From Bacteroidales bacterium (GTDB taxonomy: Bacteria; Bacteroidota; Bacteroidia; Bacteroidales; JAQUTK01), in assembly GCA_028709785.1 (NCBI GenBank), contig JAQUTK010000010.1, positions 29,467-93,466 on the forward strand: DNA of 64,000 bases. The letters are read 5' to 3'. Each line of letters starts with the position of its first letter. Position 1 is the stretch's first letter. A model generated the notes under the pieces. The model ran no database searches. It worked only from the letters and a program-made list of their open reading frames with translations, and was not told the DNA's origin. This document shows positions 11,101 to 19,280 of the stretch, piece by piece. The translations under genes and the position numbers were made by a program.

Positions 11101-12522
11101 GTCCGAATTACAGACCCAGGTAGGATCCGTCACCACCGTTTGCGTTGTTCCGTCGGTATATTGAATTACCAGTTTGGCGATAAAAGCAAGATCCTTATCC
11201 CCGTACATTCCACGGGCAATATTTCCTCTCCACCAGCCTGAAGCCACATGCGCCCCGATGGCATTTGCACCCGAGAGCAGGAGGGAAGTTACATCATACG
11301 TTGAGTATAGTACCGTCTTGCTGTAGTCCGTCCAACCCGGTTTCAGTTCGTCGTAAACCACTTTCCCGCTTTCTGTGGAAGTACCCACCCGGGTTCCATT
11401 GATAAACAGATCATAGACACCCAGCGCAGAGGTATAGATCTTCGCCGATTTTATCTTCCGATCCAGCTTAAATGTTGTTCTGAACATCGGAATTCCGGCA
11501 GCGCTCCCCTGAAACACACGAGAGTCATCGCCCGAGCTTACGAGCAATCGCCCATCAACCACCGGTCCCTGCGTAAACTGAAAATTGTCCGGATTGGAGA
11601 AGTTCTCCGCAAAAATCACTTTCTCAACCCCCTGAACCTTTGTGGTCACTTTGATATTATCAAACGAAGCAGACTCTTTATTCGAACTGGTTTCGCCATG
11701 CGAGGAACGGAAGCCCACACCTCCCAGACCATAATTGCCACCCCTTGGGTTTACCCGATTGGCATCTACCAGGATATTGTTGATATAGGTTGAAGCTTTA
11801 TCCCCTTTGACTTCGATCCGAAGCGTATACGTTACCCCCTTTTTGATCTCGATCAAACGAGTGATATCGATGTTTTCATGGCAAACCACATTGCCATCCT
11901 TCCAGGAATGAGGACGCAGACGGCTTTTCCCGTCCTTCTCGATATTGATCTGCCACATGTAAAAGTTATTTACGTCTTTGATCCCAAAGCAAGGACCTGC
12001 GGCAATCTCATTCAGGATAAAATCCATCTCAATCGTGTAATCCGTAGTGGCGCTCTTTGTTGCAGATGCCTTTTCCCCTTGCTTGAGCGTCGTTGCCTTG
12101 ATCCATTTGGCATTACCCCAACCCGTATCCATTAAGCCCGTTTCAAAGTAAGCAGTCTCTGAGGAAGAGATCTTTTTATTGTTCGCATCCCAAATATCCA
12201 CACGCCAGAAATAGCGGGTAGAAGGCATCAGAGCCACACCTGCGTAACTGTTGTTGATTGACTGGTCGGAGTTTACACGGCCTGAATTCCACACCGTTTT
12301 ATTTCCCGATCTGTCCGTCGAAACAATTATCTGATACGCTGTTTGTTTGGCGCCACGTTCGGAGGTGGAAAAGATCCAGCTGAATCGCGGTTTTTTCACA
12401 TCAATCCCGACGGGATTTTGGAGATATTCAGTGCGAAGATGCTTCACTTCAGGAGCATTTTTAGCCGGCAAACTGAATGAAAACAACAGGAAGAGTCCCA
12501 ATAAATAGAGTAGCTTTCTCAT
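8134..12522 (-). CDS. multidomain alpha-L-rhamnosidase (GH78) with an inserted lectin-like domain and a C-terminal GH43-like domain
   Basis: GH78 N-terminal signature LRTEYLQNPVGIDVKKPRFSW. Catalytic-region motif VPTDCPQRDERQGWTGD. The C-terminal ~330 aa (NPVFEGWYADPEGVIF...WAPAIIEKEKKFYLFFSA...EGPVMFRRNNKYYFMWSEG) match the GH43 five-bladed propeller pattern. Confidence 0.85.
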   Translation of the reverse strand: MRKLLYLLGLFLLFSFSLPAKNAPEVKHLRTEYLQNPVGIDVKKPRFSWIFSTSERGAKQTAYQIIVSTDRSGNKTVWNSGRVNSDQSINNSYAGVALMPSTRYFWRVDIWDANNKKISSSETAYFETGLMDTGWGNAKWIKATTLKQGEKASATKSATTDYTIEMDFILNEIAAGPCFGIKDVNNFYMWQINIEKDGKSRLRPHSWKDGNVVCHENIDITRLIEIKKGVTYTLRIEVKGDKASTYINNILVDANRVNPRGGNYGLGGVGFRSSHGETSSNKESASFDNIKVTTKVQGVEKVIFAENFSNPDNFQFTQGPVVDGRLLVSSGDDSRVFQGSAAGIPMFRTTFKLDRKIKSAKIYTSALGVYDLFINGTRVGTSTESGKVVYDELKPGWTDYSKTVLYSTYDVTSLLLSGANAIGAHVASGWWRGNIARGMYGDKDLAFIAKLVIQYTDGTTQTVVTDPTWVCNSDGPICMADIYSGETYDARKESDWKTAGYDDSKWLQTAVSDDFKGTMKAFVGPTVQVRTELNRKPATITVYEGKKDNGQTFGAINTIKVINGPGVVQLKKGQTAIYDFGQNMAGWVRFTAKSAVGTKMQIRFGEMVNDNGALARGNDGPAGSLYTANLRSAKATINYIFKGSERSESYHPSLTFFGFRYCEVLASEDVEIQSMTAEVVGNATEEGSTFKTSSAIVNQLYSNVIWGQRSNFLSVPTDCPQRDERQGWTGDTQIFSRTAAYNADVASFFHKWMGDMRDCQREDGAFPSTAPVIWGGHGQGAWAEAGIIVPWNVYLMYNDIEIITENYPEMEKYMDFLAAQKGDGYLYNGAGTSYGDWVSYEKLENRYVSVCYYAYAAQLMSKMSKVLSQTKGDRYDVKSNEYAALYGKIKAEFGKRYVNADGSLKEVSQTAYLLALKLDLFPTEAASKKGLSYLTQKIADNGNKLSTGFVGTGILNQTLSQYGATNTAYNLLLQRSNPSWIYSIDQGATTIWERWDSYTKDQGFHDVGMNSFNHYSYGAVEEWMYRYMAGIEADESAPGFKHFILQPNLDNRTTLPEGQERITSVDATFKSYYGDIKSAWEIRKDGNLAYTATVPANTTATLYLPLSKASDVVYEGLTLANKAKGVTFVKRENGKAVYELKAGTYSFGLNVPAKESHLLAQKAGNPVFEGWYADPEGVIFNNQYWIYPTYSAPYEKQVFMDAFSSKDLVTWTKHSSIIDTAQVKWANKAMWAPAIIEKEKKFYLFFSANDIQDDNSVGGIGVAVSDKPEGPFKDYLGKPLLDKFYNGAQPIDQFVFQDVDGQYYMIYGGWRHCNIAKLQNDFKAFTPFADGTTFKEITPEGYVEGPVMFRRNNKYYFMWSEGGWTGPDYRVAYAIGDSPFGPFKRIGLILQQDATIATGAGHHSVIQVPGTDEWYIVYHRRPLSETNGNSRVTCIDKMEFDANGTIKPVVMTFEGVSPKKLR

Positions 12523-12663
12523 AATTTTAGATTTAACGAAGCAGGTATTATTTGTTTTTATGTATAGATTTCAAAGGTACAAAAATACAAGAAGATACAG
12601 AAGCAGAACATTCAAAAATGATCAATAATGTTTCAAAATTGATTTCTCTCTTTCTATTGAGAA

Positions 12664-12762
12664 TTCTTCTTCTTCATCATCATCTTCTTCTCCTGTGGAG
12701 CATCTCTTTTTGTTCAAATAATTTTGAGGAAATAGAAGAGGAAGAAGATATAGATGAAGAAG
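12664..12762. repeat. imperfect polypyrimidine/polypurine inverted repeat
   Basis: The CTT/CAT-rich arm 12664-12694 faces the GAA/GAT-rich arm 12727-12762 (shared CTTCTTCATC and CTTCTTC blocks in reverse complement), with a ~32-nt spacer. Confidence 0.6.
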
Positions 12763-12806
12763 TAGTTTTATTTTTCTATGGTTTACTCTAGTATACTCTT
12801 CTCTGG

Positions 12807-12831
12807 TCTTCTCTTCTCTTCTCTTCTCTTC
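12807..12831. repeat. (TCTTC)5 pentanucleotide microsatellite
   Basis: Five perfect tandem TCTTC units read directly from the sequence. Confidence 0.9.
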
Positions 12832-13108
12832 TGTGCTTTTTGAAAAGTTCTATGTTGTTGTTATATAGTGAGATGTAATTTTGTTTTAACATAGTTTGTC
12901 ACACAAATTGAGGGTTCATCTATGTTAAATCACTCGTCAATCTTGTTTTTTGAATCAAAAAAGTAGCTTATTGTGCACTGCTTTTTACTGTCCACTTTTA
13001 CGAGAGCAGCTCATTTCTCAACCTCTTTTCTAGTCTGCGGATTAGAAAAACCAGATGTTTTTCCCCACGCTATTGAGTGATCAAACACGAATTCCCTGTT
13101 CTGCTCTT

Positions 13109-13174
13109 CGTTTGCCAATCGGTAACTTTCCGTTTGCCGATGGATGACTCCCCGTTGGCCTATTGGCAAACGAG
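13109..13174. repeat. 22-bp tandem repeat (three units) with an inverted copy of its core
   Basis: CGTTTGCCAAT at 13109, CGTTTGCCGAT at 13131 and CGTTGGCCTAT at 13153 are spaced exactly 22 bp apart. ATTGGCAAACG at 13162-13172 is the exact reverse complement of the first core. Confidence 0.8.
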
Positions 13175-13451
13175 ACGAACATCAGCTCGCATGAGATGCA
13201 CTGTCGTTTGTGTTTGAAAGTCTATAACTGTGGATTTAAGCGTTTATAACCGCTAAAGATATGTTTAATAACAATCCGCTGGAAACGTAAATATTTAAAA
13301 GTAATCCGGGTTAATCCGGAAAAATATAGATACATTTGTTTCATTACAATTAACGCTTTACTCTTTCGTTCATATTCAATTATATAGGGCGAGTCATTAT
13401 AGCTCATGCTAAAGAGGATAAAGGAATTCGATCATTTAAATTAAGATTACT

Positions 13452-15083
13452 TTGAATAATCAAGACAAAACCAAAGAAGAACTCATAAAGGAACTACAGA
13501 CATTAAAGCAAGCGCATGATGCCTTGAAAGTTTCTTTTGAAGAAAATATAAGCGAACGAAGGTTGATGGAAGCAGCTTTGAGCGAAAGTGAAAGCAAATA
13601 TCGCCTGCTGGCACAGAATAGCTCAGATGTGATCTGGACGTTGGACAACTACTATCGCTTTACCTATATCAGCCCATCCATCTACCAATTGCGAGGACTG
13701 ACATCCGAAGAGGCAATGCGCGAATCGATTCAGGATACTATGCCTCCTCATTCACTGGAAGTGGTTAATAAAATCATTGTTGAGAGCAAGGAACTGGAAC
13801 AGAAGAAGATGTATCCTCCCGTGCATATTGAAATTGAACAATATCACAAAGATGGACATTTGATCTGGGTTGACATTACTCTTCGCGTGATGTTAGATGA
13901 TAAAGGCGAGAAGATTGGCTATGTGGCTGCTTCCCGCAATATTACTGAACGCAAAATGGCTGAGAAAGCATTGCAAGAAAGTGAAGAAAATTTCCGCACT
14001 TTGGTTGATCAGGCAAAGGTTGTGATTTCTATTGTGGGAGATGTTCAGTGTTCAAAATATCTATATGTGAATGAAGAATGGTCGCGCGTTCAAGGATATA
14101 GCAAAGAGGAAGCACAAAACCTGAGACCTCTCGATTTGATAGCACCCGATTTAAGACCACAAATACTGGATTATGCGGCGAAACGCATGAACGGAGGTTC
14201 AGTTCCCAATAATTATGAGTTGAAGATAATCACTAAAAGTGGCGAAATAAAGTATCTTGATTTTTCTCCGACAATCATAACCTTTCAAAACCAAAAAGCT
14301 ATTTTAACAACCTCCATAGACCTTACCGAGCGAAAGAAAGCAGAAGAAACACTGCGAGAAAGTGAAGCCAAATTGAGAGAAAGTAATGCTCAAAAAGATA
14401 AATTCTTCTCGATCATTGCCCATGACCTTATAAACCCGTTCAACTCCATTATGGGATTCAGTGAAGTGCTGCTCAATCGAATCAATGAGAAAGATTATAA
14501 TGGCATTGACGAATATGCAAGGATGATAGGCCAATCCTCAAAACAAGCGATGGACTTATTGAAAAATCTATTGGAATGGTCGCGTGCACAAACAGGCCGA
14601 TTGCAGTTTAAACCTGAAAACTTTGATTTGGTGGATTTGATCGGACAATACATGATGCTTTTCGACTTGATTGCCTGCCAAAAATCCATTACCATCCATA
14701 AAGTGTTACCTCCTGAAATTATGGTTTTTGCTGATCAACAGATGATCGGTACAGTACTCCGGAATTTGATCTCCAATGCCATCAAATTTACCCCAAAAGG
14801 CGGTGATATTATTATTTCAGCAGAGAAAAGAGCTGATGAAATCCTTGTTTCAGTCAGTGATAACGGAGTAGGCATCGCACCGGAAAGACTTGAAAAGCTA
14901 TTTCACATTGATGAAAGCGATACAACCCCAGGCACAAACAACGAAAATGGAACCGGCCTTGGTCTGATCCTCTGCAAAGAATTTGTAAAAAATCATGGTG
15001 GTAAATTATGGGTAGAAAGTGAGAATGGAAAGGGTTCTACATTTTATTTTGCTCTTTCGAGTAGCACCGAGCCATTGAAATAA
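13452..15083 (+). CDS. PAS-domain sensor histidine kinase (coiled-coil, 2 PAS, HisKA, HATPase_c)
   Basis: Phospho-acceptor box FFSIIAHDLINP. ATP-binding N box LRNLISNAIKFT. G boxes DNGVGI and GTGLGL. SRNITERK PAS linkers. The TTG start at 13452 is uncertain. Confidence 0.85.
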   Translation: MNNQDKTKEELIKELQTLKQAHDALKVSFEENISERRLMEAALSESESKYRLLAQNSSDVIWTLDNYYRFTYISPSIYQLRGLTSEEAMRESIQDTMPPHSLEVVNKIIVESKELEQKKMYPPVHIEIEQYHKDGHLIWVDITLRVMLDDKGEKIGYVAASRNITERKMAEKALQESEENFRTLVDQAKVVISIVGDVQCSKYLYVNEEWSRVQGYSKEEAQNLRPLDLIAPDLRPQILDYAAKRMNGGSVPNNYELKIITKSGEIKYLDFSPTIITFQNQKAILTTSIDLTERKKAEETLRESEAKLRESNAQKDKFFSIIAHDLINPFNSIMGFSEVLLNRINEKDYNGIDEYARMIGQSSKQAMDLLKNLLEWSRAQTGRLQFKPENFDLVDLIGQYMMLFDLIACQKSITIHKVLPPEIMVFADQQMIGTVLRNLISNAIKFTPKGGDIIISAEKRADEILVSVSDNGVGIAPERLEKLFHIDESDTTPGTNNENGTGLGLILCKEFVKNHGGKLWVESENGKGSTFYFALSSSTEPLK

Positions 15084-15635
15084 AATGGTATTCAAAAGTT
15101 CTTTTCATACAGATCTCTGGACTCGAAAAAACAACAGAATGGCAAAACCTACAAACAAATGAACTGCTTGTAGCGTATGATCACAATCGGTGTTTTAGAA
15201 CAATTCGCCCTACCTTAAAGAATGATCAGATTCAACAGAAAAGGATGTTGAGAGACTGGACTCTGTCTTCACTGTCGATTCTGGAGATCTTTATGTGATT
15301 GGTAAATAATGAGTTGTGCTTTCAGAAATTGTATTCTGAAGGGCAATAAATTTCAACCTGAAGAAATTTATATTTTATCAGGTTCGGATGACAAAAAGTA
15401 TTAGATGTTTTTACCAAAACTATTAGAAGATTTTCGGCACTTTTCAGGCCGTTATTTGCGATGAAACCGGATCATACAAATCGGTGTTTTAGAACAATTT
15501 GAAGAATGGCAATACCAAGCATAGTAATGGAAAACTATACCTTAGGAGTGCAATACTTCAGAAAGAGCAGTTCGCCCTTGTGCATTGATCCACGCAAAGG
15601 CATCCGTGATGCGTTTGAAAGTCCTTAAACGAAAA

Positions 15636-16188
15636 TGCAACAGTTGTACAACGATTATTAGGCTATACCAAATGGGAGAACTTTGAAAAAGTAATTCTAA
15701 AAGCCAAAGATGCGTGCAGGAATGCAGGGGAAGAAAACGAAAACCATTTTCCTGACGTCAGGAAAACGATACCGATGCCAAAAGGTGCTGAAAAAGAGAT
15801 AGATGATATTCTTTTAACGCGTTATGCCTGTTATCTAATAGCACAAAACGGCGATCAAGCTCTTTTCAATATAAATACTCAACTATTGAAGCGAAAAATG
15901 GGAGTGCCTGATAGCCGACCAGTAGCCGATTTCTTACCGACAATAAGTATCAAAGCCAAAGACCTTGCCGCAGAAATGACTGGGCTGAATGTGCAAAACA
16001 AAGACCTGAAAGGGCAAGCCAAAATAGAAAAGGAACATGTTGACAATAATCTTGCTGTAAGAAATATGCTTACCCAACGGGGTATTGTACCGGAAAACTT
16101 ACCACCTGCGGATGATGTAAAGAAACTGCAACGAAAGCTCGATGGTGATGAAAAGAAAATGCTAAAAGGTACAAAAAAGAAGAACTGA
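15636..16188 (+). pseudogene. DinD-like (DNA-damage-inducible protein D family) remnant
   Basis: LLGYTKWENFEKVILKAKDAC...KGAEKEIDDILLTRYACYLIAQNGD matches the DinD core, but the N-terminal part is out of frame or stopped upstream of 15775 and the middle is shortened. Only ORF 15775..16188 remains open. Confidence 0.5.
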
Positions 16189-16254
16189 TGGAAATTCAAT
16201 AGAACATACCGAAGTTGCGATTTCCTGAGTTTGAAGGGGAGTGGAGATTAATCT
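16188..16254 (+). pseudogene. type I restriction-modification specificity subunit (HsdS) N-terminal remnant
   Basis: ATG GAA ATT CAA TAG is followed in frame by NIPKLRFPEFEGEW, the characteristic HsdS N-terminus. It is interrupted by a stop and abuts the recombinase fragment. Confidence 0.45.
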
Positions 16255-16395
16255 TTACACTGGTTACGACACTCGTATGCTACTCATTTATTGGAAACTG
16301 GCACCGATCTTAGATATATACATGAACTATTAGGACATAGAAGCAGTAAAACAACGGAGATTTACACTCACGTTACGTTACGGAAAAAAGTTTAA
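16255..16395 (+). pseudogene. tyrosine recombinase/integrase C-terminal remnant (46 codons)
   Basis: Translates to [46 protein letters not shown]-stop. This is the box II region with the catalytic His and Tyr. No upstream part of the gene exists. Confidence 0.75.
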
Positions 16396-16580
16396 AAAAA
16401 ATTGCCAACCCATTCGATCTTTTGTAATGAATTTAATATCTTTACAAAATAAATAAATAACTACTGACATTTATCAGCGTTATCCACCAGTATTTAGGTG
16501 CTAAAGGATGGTTCTGTCAGCGGTATATTGATGTTGGTGGCAAGGCAAGAAACCAAACTACCCCGAATTAAATTACTACT

Positions 16581-17177
16581 ATGATATTTGAAAGAGGACA
16601 TTTTAGCAACAGTAATATTCAAGAATCGTTTATCAACGAATCATTAAGAGACGTAAGGACATTTAGTTCTAAGTCTGCGTATTCGGCAAAACCCACTGTT
16701 TTCTTATCGCATAAACATGATGATTTGAAAGATTTACAAGGATTTATGGGTAAACTTCAAGAATTGGGAGCTAAAGTATATATTGACAGTATGGATAATA
16801 AAATGCCTGACCAAACTTCTGGAGATACTGCTATAAGGATAAAGGAGGTTATTAAATACTGTAATAAATTTATTTTGTTAGCAACAGAAAAAGCGATTGA
16901 ATCATACTGGTGTAATTGGGAGTTAGGAATTGGAGATACGCATAAATTTATTGAGCATATTGCAATTTTACCAATGAAGGAAAGAGGTTTAAATGATTTA
17001 CAGTACAAAGGGAATGAGTATCTCCAAATATATCCAAGAATAGATTATGAAGATGGTACGAATCACTATCGAAATAATGGAGGTATTATCCCCCAAGGAT
17101 ATTATGTTAGTAAACCTATAAATAAAGAGGGCATTAGGTACATTACTTTACTTACAGATTGGTTAAATCAAAAATAA
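16581..17177 (+). CDS. TIR-domain protein (additional ThsB-type sensor of the Thoeris locus)
   Basis: TVFLSHKHDD and FILLATEKAIESYWCNWELG resemble the bacterial TIR beta-A strand and catalytic Glu region. It lies 10 nt upstream of thsA. Confidence 0.7.
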   Translation: MIFERGHFSNSNIQESFINESLRDVRTFSSKSAYSAKPTVFLSHKHDDLKDLQGFMGKLQELGAKVYIDSMDNKMPDQTSGDTAIRIKEVIKYCNKFILLATEKAIESYWCNWELGIGDTHKFIEHIAILPMKERGLNDLQYKGNEYLQIYPRIDYEDGTNHYRNNGGIIPQGYYVSKPINKEGIRYITLLTDWLNQK

Positions 17178-17187
17178 TATAATAAAT

Positions 17188-18627
17188 ATGCCATTTGATA
17201 GAGAAATTGAAGCGTTTATTAAGAACTTTGTTCTAGACCTTTCAGAAAACAATGTAGCTATATTTGCAGGAGCAGGAATGTCCAAAGGAGCTGGGTATGT
17301 CGATTGGTCAGAACTTTTAAATGATATAGCTGAGGAAATAGGATTAAATGTAAAAATTGAAAGTGATTTAATTTCTTTAGCTCAATATCATGTAAATGAA
17401 CGAGGTGGAAAAGCTGGAATAATTAAGAAAATACTACAGGAATTTTCAGAACAAGCAGAACCTTCAGATAATCATAAACTTTTAGCACGATTGCCTATCA
17501 CGACTTATTGGACAACTAATTATGATACACTTATTGAAGATTCTTTAAAAGATGCATTTAAGATTGTAGACATTAAACATCAAGTTGAACAATTATCCAA
17601 TACTAGACCGAAAAGAGATGTTGTTTTGTATAAAATGCATGGTGATGTTCACCACCCAGCTGATGCAATTCTTACAAAGGAACAATATGAATTTTATTAT
17701 AGAACCCATGAGCATTTCATTACAGCTTTAAGTGGCGATTTAATTTCAAAGACATTTCTATTCATTGGTTTTAGTTTTACCGACCCTAATCTTGATTATG
17801 TATTAAGCAGACTAAATTATCAGTTTGGAGATATTAACAAGCAGCATTATTGTTTTATTAAAAAAGAGAGTAAAGAGACAGATGATGATGATGAAGTTTT
17901 CAAATACAAACAAAGAAAACAGAAATTAAGAGTTGATGATTTAAAGCGTTATAGAATTAAAGCACTATTAGTTGATAATTATATCGATATTACAGAGATA
18001 CTTAAAGAAATTGAAAAGCGGTATATAAAGAAAACCATTTTTATATCCGGCAGTGCGGAGGAATATGGCCAATGGGATAGAAACCAAGCCCAATCTTTTG
18101 TTCATACTATGAGTAAAAAGATTGTAACCTCAAATTTTAGAGTTGTAAATGGTTTTGGTTGGGGCATCGGTAGCGCTGTAATTAATGGTGCGTTAGAAGC
18201 TGTTTATGAGAGACCAGATAAATATTCAGAAGACCAATTAATAATAAAACCATTTCCTCAATTTGAAACAGGTGGGAAAAAACTATCCGAACTTTGGGAG
18301 GATTATCGTCAAAGAATGATAGCACTTGCAGGTATTGCTGTTTTTATTTTTGGCAATAAAAGTGATGGGAAAGGAGCCGTTATTCCAGCAAATGGAGTTA
18401 TGAGAGAATTCGAGATTGCTGTTCAGCATGGCTTAATTCCAATTCCGATTGCAGGAACTGGCTATATTACTAATGACATTTACAAAGAGATACTGAAAAG
18501 TCCTGAAAAGTATTATACTGGTATAGAATGGATAATTCCAATTATTAAAGAGCTTGCTTCTGATAAACTAACGGTTGACGAAATAATAAAAAAGGTGCTA
18601 TTCATAATTCAAACAATTAATAAATAA
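17188..18627 (+). CDS. thsA: Thoeris ThsA (N-terminal SIR2 NADase, C-terminal SLOG domain)
   Basis: Colinear by eye with Bacillus cereus ThsA: IFAGAGMSKGAGYVDW, LARLPITTYWTTNYDTLIE, VLYKMHGDVHHP, TFLFIGFSFTDPNLDYVLSR, then the SLOG part IFISGSAEEYGQW...VVNGFGWGIGSAVINGALE. Confidence 0.9.
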   Translation: MPFDREIEAFIKNFVLDLSENNVAIFAGAGMSKGAGYVDWSELLNDIAEEIGLNVKIESDLISLAQYHVNERGGKAGIIKKILQEFSEQAEPSDNHKLLARLPITTYWTTNYDTLIEDSLKDAFKIVDIKHQVEQLSNTRPKRDVVLYKMHGDVHHPADAILTKEQYEFYYRTHEHFITALSGDLISKTFLFIGFSFTDPNLDYVLSRLNYQFGDINKQHYCFIKKESKETDDDDEVFKYKQRKQKLRVDDLKRYRIKALLVDNYIDITEILKEIEKRYIKKTIFISGSAEEYGQWDRNQAQSFVHTMSKKIVTSNFRVVNGFGWGIGSAVINGALEAVYERPDKYSEDQLIIKPFPQFETGGKKLSELWEDYRQRMIALAGIAVFIFGNKSDGKGAVIPANGVMREFEIAVQHGLIPIPIAGTGYITNDIYKEILKSPEKYYTGIEWIIPIIKELASDKLTVDEIIKKVLFIIQTINK

Positions 18628-18631
18628 AGCT

Positions 18632-19120
18632 ATGGCAAGAAAATCATTTTTTAGTTTTCATTTTAAAGGCGATAACTGGCGGGCTGGAATTGTCCGTAAT
18701 AGTTGGGTAACTCAAGATAGAGAAGCTGCTGGTTTCTTTGATTCTGTTGAATGGGAAAAAGTTAAAAAAAAGAATGATAGTGATATTGAGGCTTGGATTG
18801 ATAGTCAATTAAAGGGAACTTCTGTCACAGTAGTTTTAATTGGAGAGAATACCGCAGGTAGAAAATGGATAAATTATGAGATTACAAGCAGCTATAAAAA
18901 AGGAAATGGTCTCTTAGGTATTTATATTCATAATTTAAAAGATAAAGACCAAAAGACAAGTAATAAAGGACGAAGCCCTTTTAGTGATTGGTATGTAGAA
19001 AAGGATGGTAAAAAAGTCTATTTTTCTGACATGTATGATACTTATGATTGGGTTAATGATGATGGTTATAAAAATATGGGTGATTGGATTGAAAAAGCCG
19101 CAAAGAAAGCAGGAAAATAA
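18632..19120 (+). CDS. thsB: Thoeris ThsB (DUF1863/TIR-like)
   Basis: FFSFHFKGDNWRAGIVRNSWVT...AAGFFDSVEWEKVKKK...SVTVVLIGENTAGRKWINYEITSS is colinear with B. cereus ThsB, including the YEI Glu. Confidence 0.9.
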   Translation: MARKSFFSFHFKGDNWRAGIVRNSWVTQDREAAGFFDSVEWEKVKKKNDSDIEAWIDSQLKGTSVTVVLIGENTAGRKWINYEITSSYKKGNGLLGIYIHNLKDKDQKTSNKGRSPFSDWYVEKDGKKVYFSDMYDTYDWVNDDGYKNMGDWIEKAAKKAGK

Positions 19121-19128
19121 ACCCTAGC

Positions 19129-19259
19129 CGTCAACAACGGCTATACCCAATGCGGATTTCAGCGGTTTTGCAAGTTAAGTTCCCGCAGGCAAGGTTTGCA
19201 TCGTGGGATACAGACGCAGCCACGCAATCCCGCACTGGGCATAGCCGCGAACGTATAAG
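19129..19259 (+). repeat. attC-like recombination site 1 (131 bp)
   Basis: Starts with CGTCAAC and ends with GTATAAG. Inner arms GGCTATACCCAATGCGGATT (19139-19158) and AATCCCGCACTGGGCATAGCC (19226-19246) pair with one extra base. It is GC-rich in an AT-rich context. Confidence 0.6.
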
Positions 19260-19280
19260 GCAGTTTTAAAATCACACTAT

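Noticed and set aside
12552-12791. 79-aa ORF (LLLHHHLLLL...EEIEEEEDIDEE)
   Set aside because: It is produced by the CTT/GAA low-complexity inverted repeat. It has no plausible start context and its composition is not protein-like.
13222-13407. 61-aa minus-strand ORF in the long intergenic region
   Set aside because: It has no ribosome-binding or promoter context, an AT-rich biased composition and no motif. That is insufficient evidence for a gene.
15879-16199. 106-aa minus-strand ORF
   Set aside because: It is antisense to the DinD-like remnant, and its low-complexity Phe/Ser-rich translation looks like a mirror frame.
16460-16545. Possible fifth attC-like site upstream of the Thoeris locus
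   Set aside because: Only the terminal GTTGGTGG box fits. The preceding ~80 bp are AT-rich and shorter than the other sites. They show direct (TATCAGCGTTAT / TGTCAGCGGTAT) rather than inverted symmetry. It is kept only as a weak boundary hint in the Thoeris finding.
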